A stretch of DNA of 64,000 bases, taken from assembly GCA_973895155.1 (NCBI GenBank), contig OZ316897.1:1204515-1268514 (forward strand), given 5' to 3'. Under the pieces are notes generated by a model. That model had not been told where the DNA came from and ran no database searches. It worked only from the letters and a program-made list of their open reading frames with translations. Shown here in pieces: positions 46,715 to 60,358 of the stretch (positions are counted from its first letter, which is position 1; every line of letters starts with the position of its first letter). Source of the stretch: Marsupella aquatica. Lineage: Eukaryota; Plantae; Marchantiophyta. A program made the position numbers and the translations under genes.

Positions 46715-48104
46715 TGTGGTATGGGTGTCCCTGCAATTTTTTCTGGAAACTTGTTTATTTTTAGCATATCACAAGATTTACTTACACTTTAGACACCTTC
46801 CGGCCAACATTTACTTGTTCTGGACACTTATAGAAATATTTGACATCTCCGGCTTTCCTGACGATTCCTAGTGTACTTTGCCCGACGCTGTGACCAGCGC
46901 CCGTTTCTTTTACTCAAGACGCTGCGGAAGCGTCCAACCTCCTCATGACGCTTTTGGCAGTGCCCGACCGCCACCAAGACTCTATGAGGATTTCGACCGA
47001 CGCTGTGGAAAGCGTCAGCTTCAACACACGACGCTGTGAGCAGCGTCCACCCTAGTATTGACGCTGTGAGCAGTGTGAGCAGCGTCCGTTGGTTTTACTT
47101 AAGACGCTTCTAGCAGCGTCCAGATTCTCCCGACGCTTCTAGCAGCGTCCGCTCAACACTTAGTTTTTGAAGTAGATTACTAGTAAAGTAGTATTCTACC
47201 ACCCTTGTTGAAGTACTTATGCTGTGCTTCTCCCTTGTTTAGTTTTAAGCTTGGAAAGGCACGACTGTTCTTACCTCCTCCATTTTAGGATTCCAGCACT
47301 TATAAGACAGAGTAGAATGCTCATTTGAAGTAGAGAGAAATAGAGTTAATGCTGTATTCAGAATTGAGTCTTCTGAATAGTTTTCTCCTCCTTCCATTGT
47401 AACAAGGCATGCTGTGAGTGTTTTGTATGGAAGTAAAGCTATATTGATTGAAGTTAAGATTGAATTCAAGAGATTCCTGTGGTGATTGAATTCAGTTGCA
47501 GATTTCTGAAACTCGTATTGAATTCACTGCTAGGCTTGCTTGCAGAGTCGGGATTCGCTAGCCAATTCAAGAATAGTTAATGATAAATGAGAAGTAAATT
47601 CTGATTCTCAGAGTAGTTAGTACTGTTGCTTTGATTCTGGAATATGGTTTAGAGTTTGACTGAATTGCGTATCGCTGATGTCAAACCATGTTGACGGCAT
47701 TTTAAATCATATCATTCATTTGCAATCAGAAAGCTTCTGCTTCATCAGATTGAGAATTCCATTATCATTAACCTTTGTGTTTTGAAGAGTGAGATGGATG
47801 AATTATGAGATAGATTTCATGTCTATACTGAGCCCAAATCCTTTCTGAAGGAGTGGCAGTAGCAGCTTGTAGTCTCTAAATCCTTACTCATTTCTTCTCT
47901 AATTCATAAATCAGAAGTTCAGTTACTTTGTTGTTTGTTTATTCGATTTTTTTATTGAGAAGTGAAGTCAACATAGAGCTCAAGACTCTAAATCACTCGG
48001 AGTGATAAAAGTTATACAATTCATTCTGAAATCTGTTCTTAAAGGGATCGAAACCCTGGTTTTAGGTGAGGAGAGTCACTTTTGATACTTAGCACTATAC
48101 GACA
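46715..48104 (+). repeat. 3' LTR of gypsy element
   Basis: TG..CA; direct repeat of 39515-40904. Confidence 0.96.
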
Positions 48105-48900
48105 ATGAAACTTTGTGTCAGAGATCCATTGCTTTTGACCACTCTCGGCAGGAGCATTTGTATGGACATTAACTTCTACTATATATATGATCTATAGGAA
48201 AAAAAATTAGTAAACACATTGTGTTATATTTAGCCACATTATCTCTATGCGAACAAATAATCGTAGTATTCTTGTCAACAAATCTGTATCCTTCTTGTTC
48301 AGAGACAAAACATTGTTGCAGGCAATTGTCTATTGCATGCTGACTAGGATTAGTTAGACGGATAGAATTTAAGAAATCTAAGAATTGAGAGTCAGATGCT
48401 TGACAAATAAGAGATGTCAAGTGATACCGCTGCATATGTTTGTATAAATAATGAATACAAAGATAAATGACACTGAGTACATATATACTCAGTTTCATGA
48501 TTACACACAGGAGGCAATTGACACATATCTCCTACCAGAACAATTAGCTTCACTGTAAATGGATCATTTCCACGATTGTTACCTTGAAGAACTTCATGCA
48601 ATCGTGAAGCTATGCTTTTCATGATTTTTGGTGTAAGCATGCTGCATTCATCAATAACTATAACATGAGAAGAAGCCAAAGAAGCAAAAATACTATTACT
48701 TCTATGCAACGGTAATAAAGCTCCTCTAACTGGTATTTTGAATGCATGATGGACAGTCGTTGCCGAAGCATCTAGTCTAATTAATTGCAGCAACTGCTGT
48801 CAGTAGTGGATGTTAAAAGCACATTCTTTCCTTGTTGCTCCCAATAGCTCTTCATAAAACCCATAAAAAAGGTTTTACCTGTTCCCGGGGAACCTGTAAT
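48105..48900 (-). pseudogene. Pif1-family helicase, N-terminal piece (motifs I-III), frameshifted
   Basis: ITGSPGTGKTF starting at 48900; ATTVHHAF, VIVIDECSML, LVGDMCQLPPV; joins the middle piece in frame as WISDTKFH-QLTHIAIG. Confidence 0.9.
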
Positions 48901-51900
48901 CTTATGAGGCCCTCAAAGGACGTGCCTGTAGGGGTTCTGAAGGGACAACGAGTTACATGATCAAGGAATACCATTTCCCAATCTAACCTTTGGAACCATC
49001 ATGAGGAATGACTGATAAGAATAAACACATTTGGAAGAAGAGGGAAGGATTTCCTGACAAACCATTAGAGTCTCCAGAATTGATTAACGAATTCCACTCA
49101 CCAAAATTTCCAGCTCCTGGGAACGTCACAAATCGGGTGTCAACCTTACAGCAACAGGAGGGAAGTGGCACATTGGAAAAGCCGTCTGCTAGCAGACCAT
49201 TGTTTGTTAACTTGCGCTCGGGACCTAAGGAGATAATTCCTAGAAAAGCACAAAAGCCGCGAGGTAACACATTAAGGAGATCCACTAGCCTAGACGAAGA
49301 CATAACCACAGGGTCACCTGGGTTTACAGCTTATGGTATTTCTAATGAGAAAAAGGTTGTGGAACATGAAATAATTTCGGTTGTTGCTAAAACAAGGGAA
49401 TCAGAAATTTCAGAACAAAGCCCAAATGAAGGCCGAGAGCCAGAAGTATTGAGTGAAGATCATGTATTGTCACCTCCGCCCTCTAAAGTTAGCCCATGGG
49501 AGCCAACTTTGGAAACCACCCTGGCTCACACTACACCTGAGGAATTCTTTGACTTGCCAGAACAATTAAGGGAAGAGGGTTTTGACCGGCAAGAAGAGGT
49601 ATACAGGAATACCACGACTGATACAGGAGGGGAGTCCAGCAGTCAAAACACTTTCGAATCAGATAAGTCCCCCAATCAAAAACTTGTGGTGCCCAATAAT
49701 TCCTTGTCAACATCACCTACAATAATACCTGTTCCGCCCATTACCCCACCTACTTTTAATAAGATTCAAACAGCAAGTATGGCTAGTCGTTCGAGAGTAC
49801 GGTACCAGAATTTTCGTGGCAGGAAGGAGGATGCAGAAACTTGGATGGATGACTTTGAAGCGGTGGCAACCTCCAATGGGGATGATGCACCGGATCTTAA
49901 AGCCAAAATATTTGGAGGTTTGATGAAAGGAGAGGCAAGAACTTGGCACTCTGGACTTGCGGACAAGGCCAATTGGCCAAACGTTAAGACATAATTTCTT
50001 AAGGTTTTCCGTGAGGAGGGAGCTACATCAAGAGCGTTCACTCGACTTAGCTTTGTAACAATGAAAAGAGGTGAGTCTTTACGAACATATCTACAGAAAG
50101 TCACCAAGTTGGCTAAGAAAGTTGCACCCGCACCACCAGCCAACATGACCAAAGAATGGTTCATCCAGGGACTTTATACAAAGTTAAATGCATTTGTTAG
50201 ACAACATAATCCTACAACACTAGAGGAGGCCTATGAAGTTGCCCAAGCATATATTGACTCCGAGCTTTCTCAAAGGAAGAATTTGTTAAAAGAATTAAGG
50301 AAGGACAGTAAGAAGAAAAAGAAGAAAAATAAGAGGAAAGCTAAGAAAGACCGTGACTCCTCGTCTTCATCTTCTTCTGGGAGTTCTACCACAACTAAGA
50401 GCAGTACCTCATCTTCCTCTACCTCCTCAAGTGATTCAGAATCCTCAACGGACGACAAAAAGAGTAAAAATAGGACGAAGAAAAAGAAAGTTGTTATTGT
50501 TAAAAAGAAAGATGGGAAAGTGGCAGATCAAATAGCGAGTCTCACCAAGGAAATGAAGAACCTTTCTGTGCATGTTGCTTCAGCCAGACCGCCTAGACGA
50601 CAACCCACCCCCCAGAGATCAAATGTGTGGTGCACAGTATGTCGGAAGATGGGTCATTATCCACAAGAGTGTCCTTTTTTGAAGTCAGTAAGTTATGTAA
50701 CCAATGGGGAATATGAGGAAGGAGAAGACCCTGCATACCCTACGTATTACCCTGATAATATTTATCAGGTGCAATCCGGACCAAGGACTAGTGGTGCAGG
50801 GCCAGTCCAATATTTTCCACCGACAACTCCAGTCTTGCACCCCAGCACTAATAGACCAACATATAAACCGCCTATGGCTCCTCCTGGAGGTTACCCACCT
50901 AGAAGCCAGTTGACCAGAGGTGTTTGTTGGAATTGTGGTGCCAAAGACCACTTTTCTCCATCTTGTCCGTGGCCTAAGAGGGATTTAGGTTATGAACCCT
51001 TATGCGGAAATTGTGGGAAGGGAGGCCATCTACCTGTAGAGTGCCCTGAGCCAAAGAAGCCCAAGATGCTTGTTAGATATGTGAAGGACCCGGTTAAAGA
51101 GACCCCCCAACCGGAACCAGCAGTACGAATGGTTTTTTATGAGGAGGAGGAGATTGACCAATGTAGATTGGTGAGAACGGAGGTACATGAGGATGTAAGG
51201 TGTGTGGCAGAGGAAAAACATCCAGTTATTCAGTTGGGTGCCTTGTCTGGAGTTACTTTTGACACTTACCACAAAAATTTGATTAAGAAGGAAGAACATG
51301 ATCAACCCAATACCCAGGTTAGAAATTGTGACAGGATTTTGAATGTGTTTGCGGCAACTCGGTCTCAGTCTTGGAAAGAGGAAATGACCACTCACTCGGA
51401 AAAGAAGAAACAGAGGAAGGAGCCAGACAGGACCAAGGAAACCAAAAGAGAAACTAAGGTGGATGAGACGAGCCTGTTTGACCGGAATGACCCAAAATAT
51501 TTCTTGCCTGATATATCCAAGGAAGTGAAAGAGATCATTGCAAGCGAAATGAATAAGGGCGAAATAAGGGGACAGAGCCTGAGAATTTGAATGCCAAAGA
51601 GCCTGAGAAGAAGGTAACATTCAAAATGAATCCTCTGAAATTAAAGATTGATGGAAGACAGGGAGGTTATGATATTGTGGATGATGTAAGTAACCTCAAA
51701 GCCAACATCACTATTGGAGAATTATTACGAACCAATGCACAATTCCGGAAGCAAATGAGAACCCTCGTGGCTTCTCGGAAGAGACCTTACAAATTGCCTG
51801 AGGTGGAGATTGATGGATTATGGAAGATTGAATGTGTAGGTCATGGACCACCAGAAATTGAGATTCAAATTGATGGATGTATTTTAAAGCGAGTACCGGT

Positions 51901-52346
51901 GGATGGAGGATCCAGTGTCAACATCATGACAGAACAGACAGCATTTGATCTAGGATATATGTCCTTCAAACCCACCCCTCGCATTTTGAGGATGGCAGAT
52001 CAGACCAGAGTAACCCCAATAGGGATATTGGAGAAGATACCAACAGTCATTGGGGGAAAGGAGTTTCCTTTGGATTATATGATTCTGAGACCTTCCACTC
52101 CATCAACATTCCCAATTCTGTTGGGGCGTCCATGGCTCTATTACGCACGAGTCAAAGTGAATTGGCATGCCAAACAGTTTACTTTCGGTAAACCTAGTGT
52201 GACCATTAGTTGGGAGGACAAACCACATTTTGGAGAAACAGATGCAGATGAAGGATATACCTCCAATTCGACGATGTCAACATCAGATGAAGATGAGCCA
52301 ATTCAAAAGCAATCTAAGAGGCTGATTAAGAAAAGGGGAGACCAAG
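48901..52346 (+). mobile_element. Truncated paralogous gypsy element (gag-protease pseudogene, no LTR visible)
   Basis: ORFs 49008-49994, 50061-51590 and 51587-52390 are collinear with 42123-45176; three knuckles, VPVDGGSSVN; cut by the CACTA. Confidence 0.88.
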
Positions 52347-52389
52347 CACTAGTACAAAATAGGGTTCTAAAAGACTGCAACAAAGACTA

Positions 52390-53120
52390 AAAACCCAGTC
52401 ATTTTTACCAAGTAATGACTGGTCCAAAACAGTCTTTCCGGTCGAGTACTAACGGACATTTTAGTCACAGTCATTCGTGACAAATGACTAAAACTACTTT
52501 GGTCATTTAAAGCGTTGCATAAATGACAGAAAGTCCATAATGACTACAAATCCGAAATGACTAGTTAGACGGCCGTCAGTCATTTAGAGACGTCTTAAAT
52601 GACGCAACATTAACTAATAGTATCACAACACGTGGCGTCAAAATGCTCATCGATGTGACTATTTAACGAGTCATATAAGACAAGTTGTAAATGACGTAAA
52701 ATATAGAACAAATGAGAGTGCGCCACATGGTGGATTGTGACCCTTTAAGTTAATGAATTTTAAGTCATTTCGGACATACGAAGTGACAAAATGACATAAG
52801 AAATGACAGAATAACAATGAAAAACAATGGGCCACGTGCAGTCATTAGGATATCCGAAATGACAAGCCATTTGACCAAACATTGGCAAATGCTAATTTGA
52901 CACATGGAGTCATTTTAGACATATTTGAGTAACTATCTAAATGACAAAGACATAGATAAAGACAATATTACACGTGTAGTCATATGGGTAGTCAATTGTA
53001 TTGTCATTTTGGTAGCCAATTATAATGTCATTTTGGTAGTCCATTGCAAGTGTCATTTAAGGTGTCATTTCGATAATACATCCAAGGCGTCATAGAAGAT
53101 ATCATTTAGATTGTCACATT
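52390..53120. repeat. CACTA subterminal repeats (AAATGAC / GTCATTT)
   Basis: Many direct and inverted copies of the 7-mer. Confidence 0.85.
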
Positions 53121-53448
53121 GGGTTTAGGGTTTAGGGACAAGAGACTGAAGAACAAGAGACTCACATCCAAAAATGCTTTCGCAACAATTTGAGAAGGTC
53201 CTCTGAACAACAATGTCAACTCTATGACCATGCCATCATACCAAGAGACTGTGCTACATTTCAGAATCATATGAATGAAATACAAAAATATTTACTATAT
53301 ATTGCCTTTAGTGGACAAGTACACAAAAAACACCTCACTGTTCCGCAGAAGTCTATAACTCTGCAAATATCATAGATGAAGATGTTCTTTTCATGTACAC
53401 TTCAACAAAATTGAGACCAAATTTCAAGAGAGCTGGCCTGACTACAAT

Positions 53449-56400
53449 CTAATACTTTCGAAGGTATCTAGAATTCCATAAAGCATTCATCCCTTTCACA
53501 TCCCCTAAACATATTTGCTTCTCCTCTGCATTTGGAATTGGCAAAGCCGCTTCAGGACAAAACACTTCCTTCACACTTACGCGAATAAAAGGACTCTCAA
53601 ACGAGGCACAATGAAACCGATCTTCTCCTGGCAGCCCTGTAACTTGAGCCAATGCAAGTACAGAGTGGTCCACAATGCTTCTTAACTCAACAGCATCTCC
53701 TCGCATAAACTGTTAATGTCAACCACACTTCAATTAGTATTTACTGATACAAAACAGATAGAGAGACAACACAACTGAAACTCACTATGCAAAAAAATAA
53801 TACAATTTCATTACCTTTGCCGTTGGGTTTGGAGAGACTACTGGTACACGATGTACACTAGGCGAGACAGGAACAAAACTTGATTTCTTGGACTTCTTTG
53901 ATTTCTTCAGTGGTGTTGCATGTTCCTTAGCCACTACATCTGTGGTTTCTTTCTCAACATCATCTTGCTCCTGCAGGACAGTAATTGGGTCTTCTCGTTG
54001 TTCTTGTACAAGAGATGGCTCTTTCATTGTTATCACGTCAACATTTGTTCCTTGCAAATCATGATTCTCTCCTGAAGAAATGGTCTTTGCTCCCTGTGAT
54101 ACAGGATTCTGTCCTGAAGAAGCTATGACAATCCAAAACAACCATTGCTTAGAAAAATTGAACTGTAAGAAGAGACCATATTCTGTGCAAGAGATTGGAT
54201 TTTGTGCAAGTCTAAATGGGCCAAGTTATCAAGTACTTACCAGGGCACTCACCAGAGAAAGTCAAAGACCGTTTTCTGCTACTGCCTTTTGGTTCAATAG
54301 CAACCTTACTACCACTTGGCAATGATGTAGGTACATCATTGGATTGGCTTATTTGCCATTGTTGTTGATGCTGTACAATGAAGTTAGTCATCAATGATGT
54401 CAAACTCTCCAAACTCTGCTCTATTTTACATATTCGTTGTGGATTAACAGGAGCAGTATCCCTTGAAAGTGGAGTCTGCATTCACAAACAGACAAGTTAG
54501 TTTTGTGAGTCTGTTGGAAAACAACTAGAGTCCAACAATTTGATAGTACTGGGCACAAACTACCATAGTCCAACAACTTAGATATTCAGACATGAATGGG
54601 TTTAGGGTTACATACTGCTGATCCATGTGCTGATCCAGGTGCGGATCCAAGCCCAACAAAACTACCAGGTTGTTCGGCGCTTGCCACACATGGGCTGACA
54701 ACCACCTTTGGAGCTGAACAAACAGGAATAGGGGCCTTCACCTCTGTTATACCTGGACTTGCCCCTCTTTGCCGCTTCTGGAAAGAGACAATCAAATACA
54801 ATCCAAGATAAATGTCAATGAAAGCTAACATCATGGACTATTCTAGCAAACAGAATATGAGATTCTAGTGGACAACTGTAGCAAACAGTAAAATCATGGA
54901 ATGTTCTTACCAATCGTTTGGCTGCTGCATTAGCACCTCCCCTGCCAAAATGCTCCATGTTTACCACTTCTGCTCTCCTTGCCTTCATGACAGCGCTCTT
55001 TGCAATCAATGCTGGACTTGTGAAATGATCCACTAGTCTTGCCCACTTCTGTGGATCCAAATATGAGGGTCCAGGTTTGGAACGATCAGCACCACATACC
55101 TTCCTCCAATAAGTATGCAACTTGTGACGTTCTCGCTTCAGTAATGTACGACAGTGACTGCTAAATTTCTTGTCACTTATTTTTCCTCCACCAATGTACT
55201 CCCAATCAGCATTCATCAATCCCCACACGTCTTCAACAGTCTTTGGAGATTGTCGGTTCCAATCTGGCACGGAAATGTCAAAACATCTAAGCACAGCGGT
55301 ACGCAGGTCTTCCATCCAGTACTGTTTATTTGGATGAGAATCGTCAATATCATTGTCAAAAACCTGCAAAAACCACCATGATCGATCAATTTCTACACAT
55401 GAACAAGCACCACAGTTACTGTGTAAATAAAATTGTACACCTTGCCCTATACTATTTGTAGGTCACGAAAGGACAAAGCTCAATTGACAGTAGATCTGTG
55501 GAGTAATTCAAGTCTTACCGCTATTTCTTTGCCCTTCAGGTTTTGAGACTTCCTCTGTTGATAAGTAGCATCAAATTTCCTCTTGGCCTGCCTAGACTGC
55601 CTACGCTGCTGGGATGGATTGCTGGTGTTCTCTACATTGCAGCTTGCAAAATTAGATCTCATAATTGTGTAATACACAAAGAAAACTGAACCTTCATCAG
55701 TCATGAATGACTTTGACATACCTGAACGTTGAGTAGAGCTCACTACTCCAGACTGTCCTGATTTTCCGAGGGATGCTGATGGAACCACTAAAAGTCACAC
55801 CAACCACTCAGGTCATGAGTCTTATTGTTGACATAAATCAACATTATTTCACAGAATTTTGAAATTTTGAGGAAATGAAAAATCACAATGCATTGGAAAG
55901 CGTTTAGGGTTTCTCACTTTGCCATAGCTCGCCAGTGGCAGGGTCTCTCCAACATTGCACCATTCCGTTCATTGTAGGCCCTACCCTGTTGGGGGCAGGT
56001 TGTTTCTCTACAGACTTATTCTGTGGTTCCTTTTGTACCTCCTGGCCAAGTAACACACAATGTCCTGTAACTTGATGACATTACTGTTCAACATACATGT
56101 TACTCCCTTCAAGGGTATTGAAATAAAACAAGATTACCTTGGACAAATTATCTGGTCCATCATCTGCTGTGTACTCAGCCTCAGTGTCGTATTCTGATCC
56201 AGAGCCCTCCTCACTAGACTCTTCCATGTTCACTGTCGCAAGCTTTGATAATCTAGAGCTCTGCCTTCTCTGTGTGGTTATCTGAGTTGTAGTAGATGCT
56301 CGATGTGCACGACTTCTCTTTTTGGGCCCTACCTGTGCTGCACTCTTTCTGACAAACCAAACATTAATAGATCAACACCATAAGAGAGAACATGTGTTCA

Positions 56401-56580
56401 GCATGGAAGAAACTGATTTGACATAAGAGCAAAGACTGTAATTCAATCCGATTGCAACAGGACAAGTTCATACACACATGAAAAGGCTTGGACTGTCACC
56501 AAGTAGCTCTGCCAATTTCTTGTTGATTTCTGCTATGTTCCTATTTAGTTCCTCCTCATATGGAACGGTAGGCTGCATTC
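53449..56580 (-). CDS. CACTA ORF2 (TnpA/Ptta-like), multi-exon; exon structure only partly resolved
   Basis: YEEELNRNIAEINKKLAELL near 56560; W.RLVDHF..S..MKARR..HFGRGG in 54815-55369; C-terminal VSVKEVFCPEAALPIPN..LGDVKG..LW at 53449-53706. Confidence 0.7.
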
Positions 56581-56664
56581 ACAAACTGGAGCATCCATGG
56601 ATAAAACTTTAGTCTAAATTAAATAAACCAAACATACCCTGATTGTAACTAAGCTACAACCTGA

Positions 56665-59600
56665 TTACTTCTTTTTATACTTCCTTTTTCCTTTGTCGGT
56701 AGTACTTGGGCTAGGCTGCGATCTACTGGTATAGGCTTCTGCTAGCTGTATGTGATACTTGGCATTGTTTTCCATAGTATCATGGAAATCAACTTCCATA
56801 TATTCACCGGCCACCCTTGTCGACCTGGATTCTTTGTGGAGGACTGTCCTCCATGCAATCCCCTTCTCATTCGGGTAAAAGAACACTTGCTCTAACTGCC
56901 GTGGGAATACATAGTCCATTCTTTTGGAAGCACCAAGCTCCTTCTGAAAATTCACCTGCCAAAGGCCAGACTCTGAATACCTCATACTTGCAGAGGCTTT
57001 AGGAGTCCAAGATGGGTTTGCCCATCGCCCTTTGAAAAGGACCACTTCCTTTCTCAATCCCCCATAGTTTAGTACTAATATGTCTGTCAACACTCCCACA
57101 TACTGCACCAACTCATCTATTGTTGCACCTGCTCTATTCACTCGCTTCTCAGTGAATGTAGAAGCCATCCCAGAATCAAATGTCTTGAACCCAGAAGAGT
57201 CACAGTCAATCAAAGAGCCAAGTGATGGAACGGTTCTCCAATGATGCCCATAGGCTCTGCAGGCCTTATATTGCAACACCTTCAAACTAGGTGGTACACT
57301 GTACCCTGTCAACACAGATCTTTGAACCTCATCCTCAAAATGGTGGGACCTAATTGAAGCTTCAAACCATTCTGTGAAAGGAGGTAACTCTCTCAAATCA
57401 GAGGGATACTGTACAGGACGCTTTCGATTCCCTAGATTCTTCATCCATTCTTTCCTGATTTCTGCTCTGCGCTTGGTGATGGCCTCATTGGCATCATCAT
57501 AAATCCTACATGCATGGCAACAATTACCAATGTCAACTTCTAGTCCCACACAAACAACAAAACATTTTAGACTATTGACTGTCAATTAATAATGATAATC
57601 ATAATCAACATGCCTCAATGGACCAAGCTCATACCTGTACCATGGTTTCACTTGCTCTTCATTCTCCAGTATGTAATGATGCATAGCTATCATTTCACTC
57701 CATTGCATGGTTCTCTCTTTTGCAGCTCCTTCCAAGACAATGCCTGCAACACCAGGATTCTCCTCCAAGTCCCATGTTCTCTTTCCTGTCCCTTTAGCAT
57801 CTATCATGTACTCAGAAAGGAATCCTATGGATTCATCTAGAATGTAGCCTTCAGCCATGGAAGCCTCTGGACGTGCCTTGTTTCGAACAAAACCTTTCAA
57901 GGTCTTCAGATGTCTTTCTATTGGATACATCCATCTAATGTTCACTGGGCCACACAGGTCTAGTTCCTCCACTACATGAATCATCAAGTGGGTCATCACA
58001 TCAAAGAAACTTGGTGGGAAGTGAATTTCCATAATGCAGAGTGTGAATGCAACATCCATCATCAGGTCATTGTACTGTGAAGGATCCCAAACCTTGGCAC
58101 AAATGTTACGCCACACATTGCTCACCCTAGCGATGGCCAAGCGAACACCTTCATCAAGTAATCCCATAGTTGCCAATGGGATAATTTGTTGCATGAGGTG
58201 ATGGAAATCATGAGATTTCAACCCAGATAACTTCTTCTTGACTGTAACACACCTAGCCAGAGAACTAGCAAAACCAGTGGGCCCTTTGAAGGTCAACAAT
58301 ACCTCCAAGAACTTTGTCTTCTCACTCTTACTCAAGCAATATGGGGCTGGTGGCATGACCTTAGGACCTTTTGGATCCTTATTCGGTACAAGCCACAGGT
58401 GTTCTCGCACTTGCAGGTCTTTCATGTCCTCTCGAACAGCAGGAGTATCCTTAGTTCCCAGGATAGTATGTACAATGTTGTGGGCAAGATTCTTCTCACA
58501 GTGCATTGGATCAAGACAATGGTTGATGAGAAGTTGCTGCATTAGACAGTACAATACAAAGTGAGTTAGAATCAAGAATGCAGAACTTTACTGCATAGGA
58601 GTACACAAACTAAGTGGATTGGACAATCAGGAACCAGATACTTACACTCCAGTAAGGCAACTTGTATAATCCAGTAGCCCTCTTCACTCCATGCGTCTTT
58701 ATTGGAGAATCATCATCATCAAATTTATTCCCTGCTTTCTTTTTCACATACGCAGTTGTCTCCTCTCCCCAACGTAGCCTGTCAGAGCTGGACATTCTAC
58801 ATGGTGCAGGTTCTGCCTCAACCTCCCCATCAAAGTATTTTGCCACTTCTTGATTGCGAAAAGGATGCCTAGGTGGTAACCATCGACGATGGCCAGCAAA
58901 CAGTAACTTTTTCAAGTGTGAAGAACCTTGTGCCATGCATTTTGGCCCACAAACAACACATCCTCTATACCCTGCATGTTGTTGGCCAGAAACTAAACCA
59001 TATGCAGGGTAATCATTGATTGTCCACAATACCGAAGCCCTTAGCTTGAATTGTTGAGGCAATCCAGGCCTTGGTAGAACATCAAAACAATCCACTCCTT
59101 CTTTCCATAGTGTCACAAGCTCATCCACGACTGGAGCCATGTATATATCAAACTGCTCCTCAGTTACTGACTCAGGGCCCGGAATTAGAAGAGCCAGCAT
59201 GACAAAGAATTTTTTTGTGGTAAGCCAAGGAGGGATATTATAATTCAGCAGCAAGATTGGCCAGGTAGACCAAGCAGTGGAATTATTCCCAAATGGGTTT
59301 ACCCCATCAAGTGCCAATCCCATTCGGACATTCCTTGGCTCAACAGCAAAACCAGGGTCGATCTCTGTATCCACATGTTTCCATGCCTTTGAATCTGCTG
59401 GATGCCGGACCATGTTGTCCTTGCTCTTGTTCTCATGATGCCAAGTCATGAGTTTAGAAGTCCCTTTCGTGGCATACAATCTCTTCAATCGAGGGATTAT
59501 AGGGAAATATCTCAACACCTTCACAGGCTGTTTTGAATTCCCCACTAACTTCATCTTTGGCTGGCCACACTTGGAACAATTTTCCAAGTGCGCAGTGTCA

Positions 59601-60358
59601 CCTCTAAATAACATACATCCATTTTCACATACTGGGATTCTCTCATAATCTAAACCTAGTTTTCGCAGTAATTGTTTTGCAGCATATAGGTTCTTAGGGA
59701 GAGTGTGCTCTGTTGGCATTCCATGCTCAGTCAACAAAGACAGCATGGCATTCACTCCCGTGTTTGAGAAACGATTGTTGTGACAAATGTTCAAGAACAA
59801 CAACATAAAAGAAACTACATCTATCTTACTCCCTGGATATAAAGGTCGCATGGCCTCTTCTAAAGACCCTTGGACAGGCACAGGGTCTATTGGAGGTCCT
59901 GAGAGATTTGTGCCCTCATGATTGGCCTCAGTAGAGGCTGTATCTGCCTCATTCTGCTCATTCTGATCGTTTTGATCATTCTCATCATTCTGAAACATTG
60001 AGTCTAAATCAAAAGGAGCTACGTTATCCACAAATTCATCACTTTCTTCATAAGCTCTAGCCATTGTCTCCTCAAGTAAATCTCTGACCTGCTGTTCAAC
60101 ATCTATTGCAGGGTGGTCTGTGTGGGTTGCCTCAGGGCAATTTCCTGCCTTCAATGCCTCAGGGCAATTTCCTGCTTTCAATGCCTCAGGGCCATAGTGG
60201 CGTATATAATCAGTTCTCCACTCCTCATCAGAAGAGTCCTGACCCTCTCCTACCCAGACTCTACAAGCAGGGTAGCGACCATGCTTAACAAGATGTTGTC
60301 GAGTAGTCTTTCGAGTGGTCTTATAATTCCCTTTGCATCGCATGCAAGGGCAATACAT
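56665..60358 (-). CDS. CACTA transposase (TnpD/Tnp2-like), three exons, ~1151 aa, apparently intact
   Basis: Exons 60358-58646, 58536-57635 and 57505-56665 with GT..AG introns keep frame; CPC..C, HPADSKAWKHVD, LALDGVNPF, DPMHCEKN, GLKSHDFH, RWMYPIER. Confidence 0.88.

Larger units (their letters stand above)
39515..48104 (+). mobile_element. Ty3/gypsy non-chromovirus (Athila-like) LTR retrotransposon, very young, lacking RNase H and integrase
   Basis: 1390-bp LTRs 39515-40904 and 46715-48104 (one mismatch seen); TSD ATGAA at 39510-39514 and 48105-48109; PBS 40911-40928; PPT AAGTGGAGGG at 46702-46711. Confidence 0.96.

Noticed and set aside
48880-48895. CCGGGGAAC as a remnant PBS of the second gypsy
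   Set aside because: It is the antisense of the helicase Walker A codons (GSPG) and lacks TGGCGCC; coincidence
53121-53137. GGGTTTAGGGTTTAGGG as an interstitial telomere
   Set aside because: Only about two units; telo-box-sized motif common in plant TEs
60129-60191. 27-bp tandem repeat (PEALKAGNC) in the CACTA transposase
   Set aside because: Simple in-frame slippage in a disordered linker
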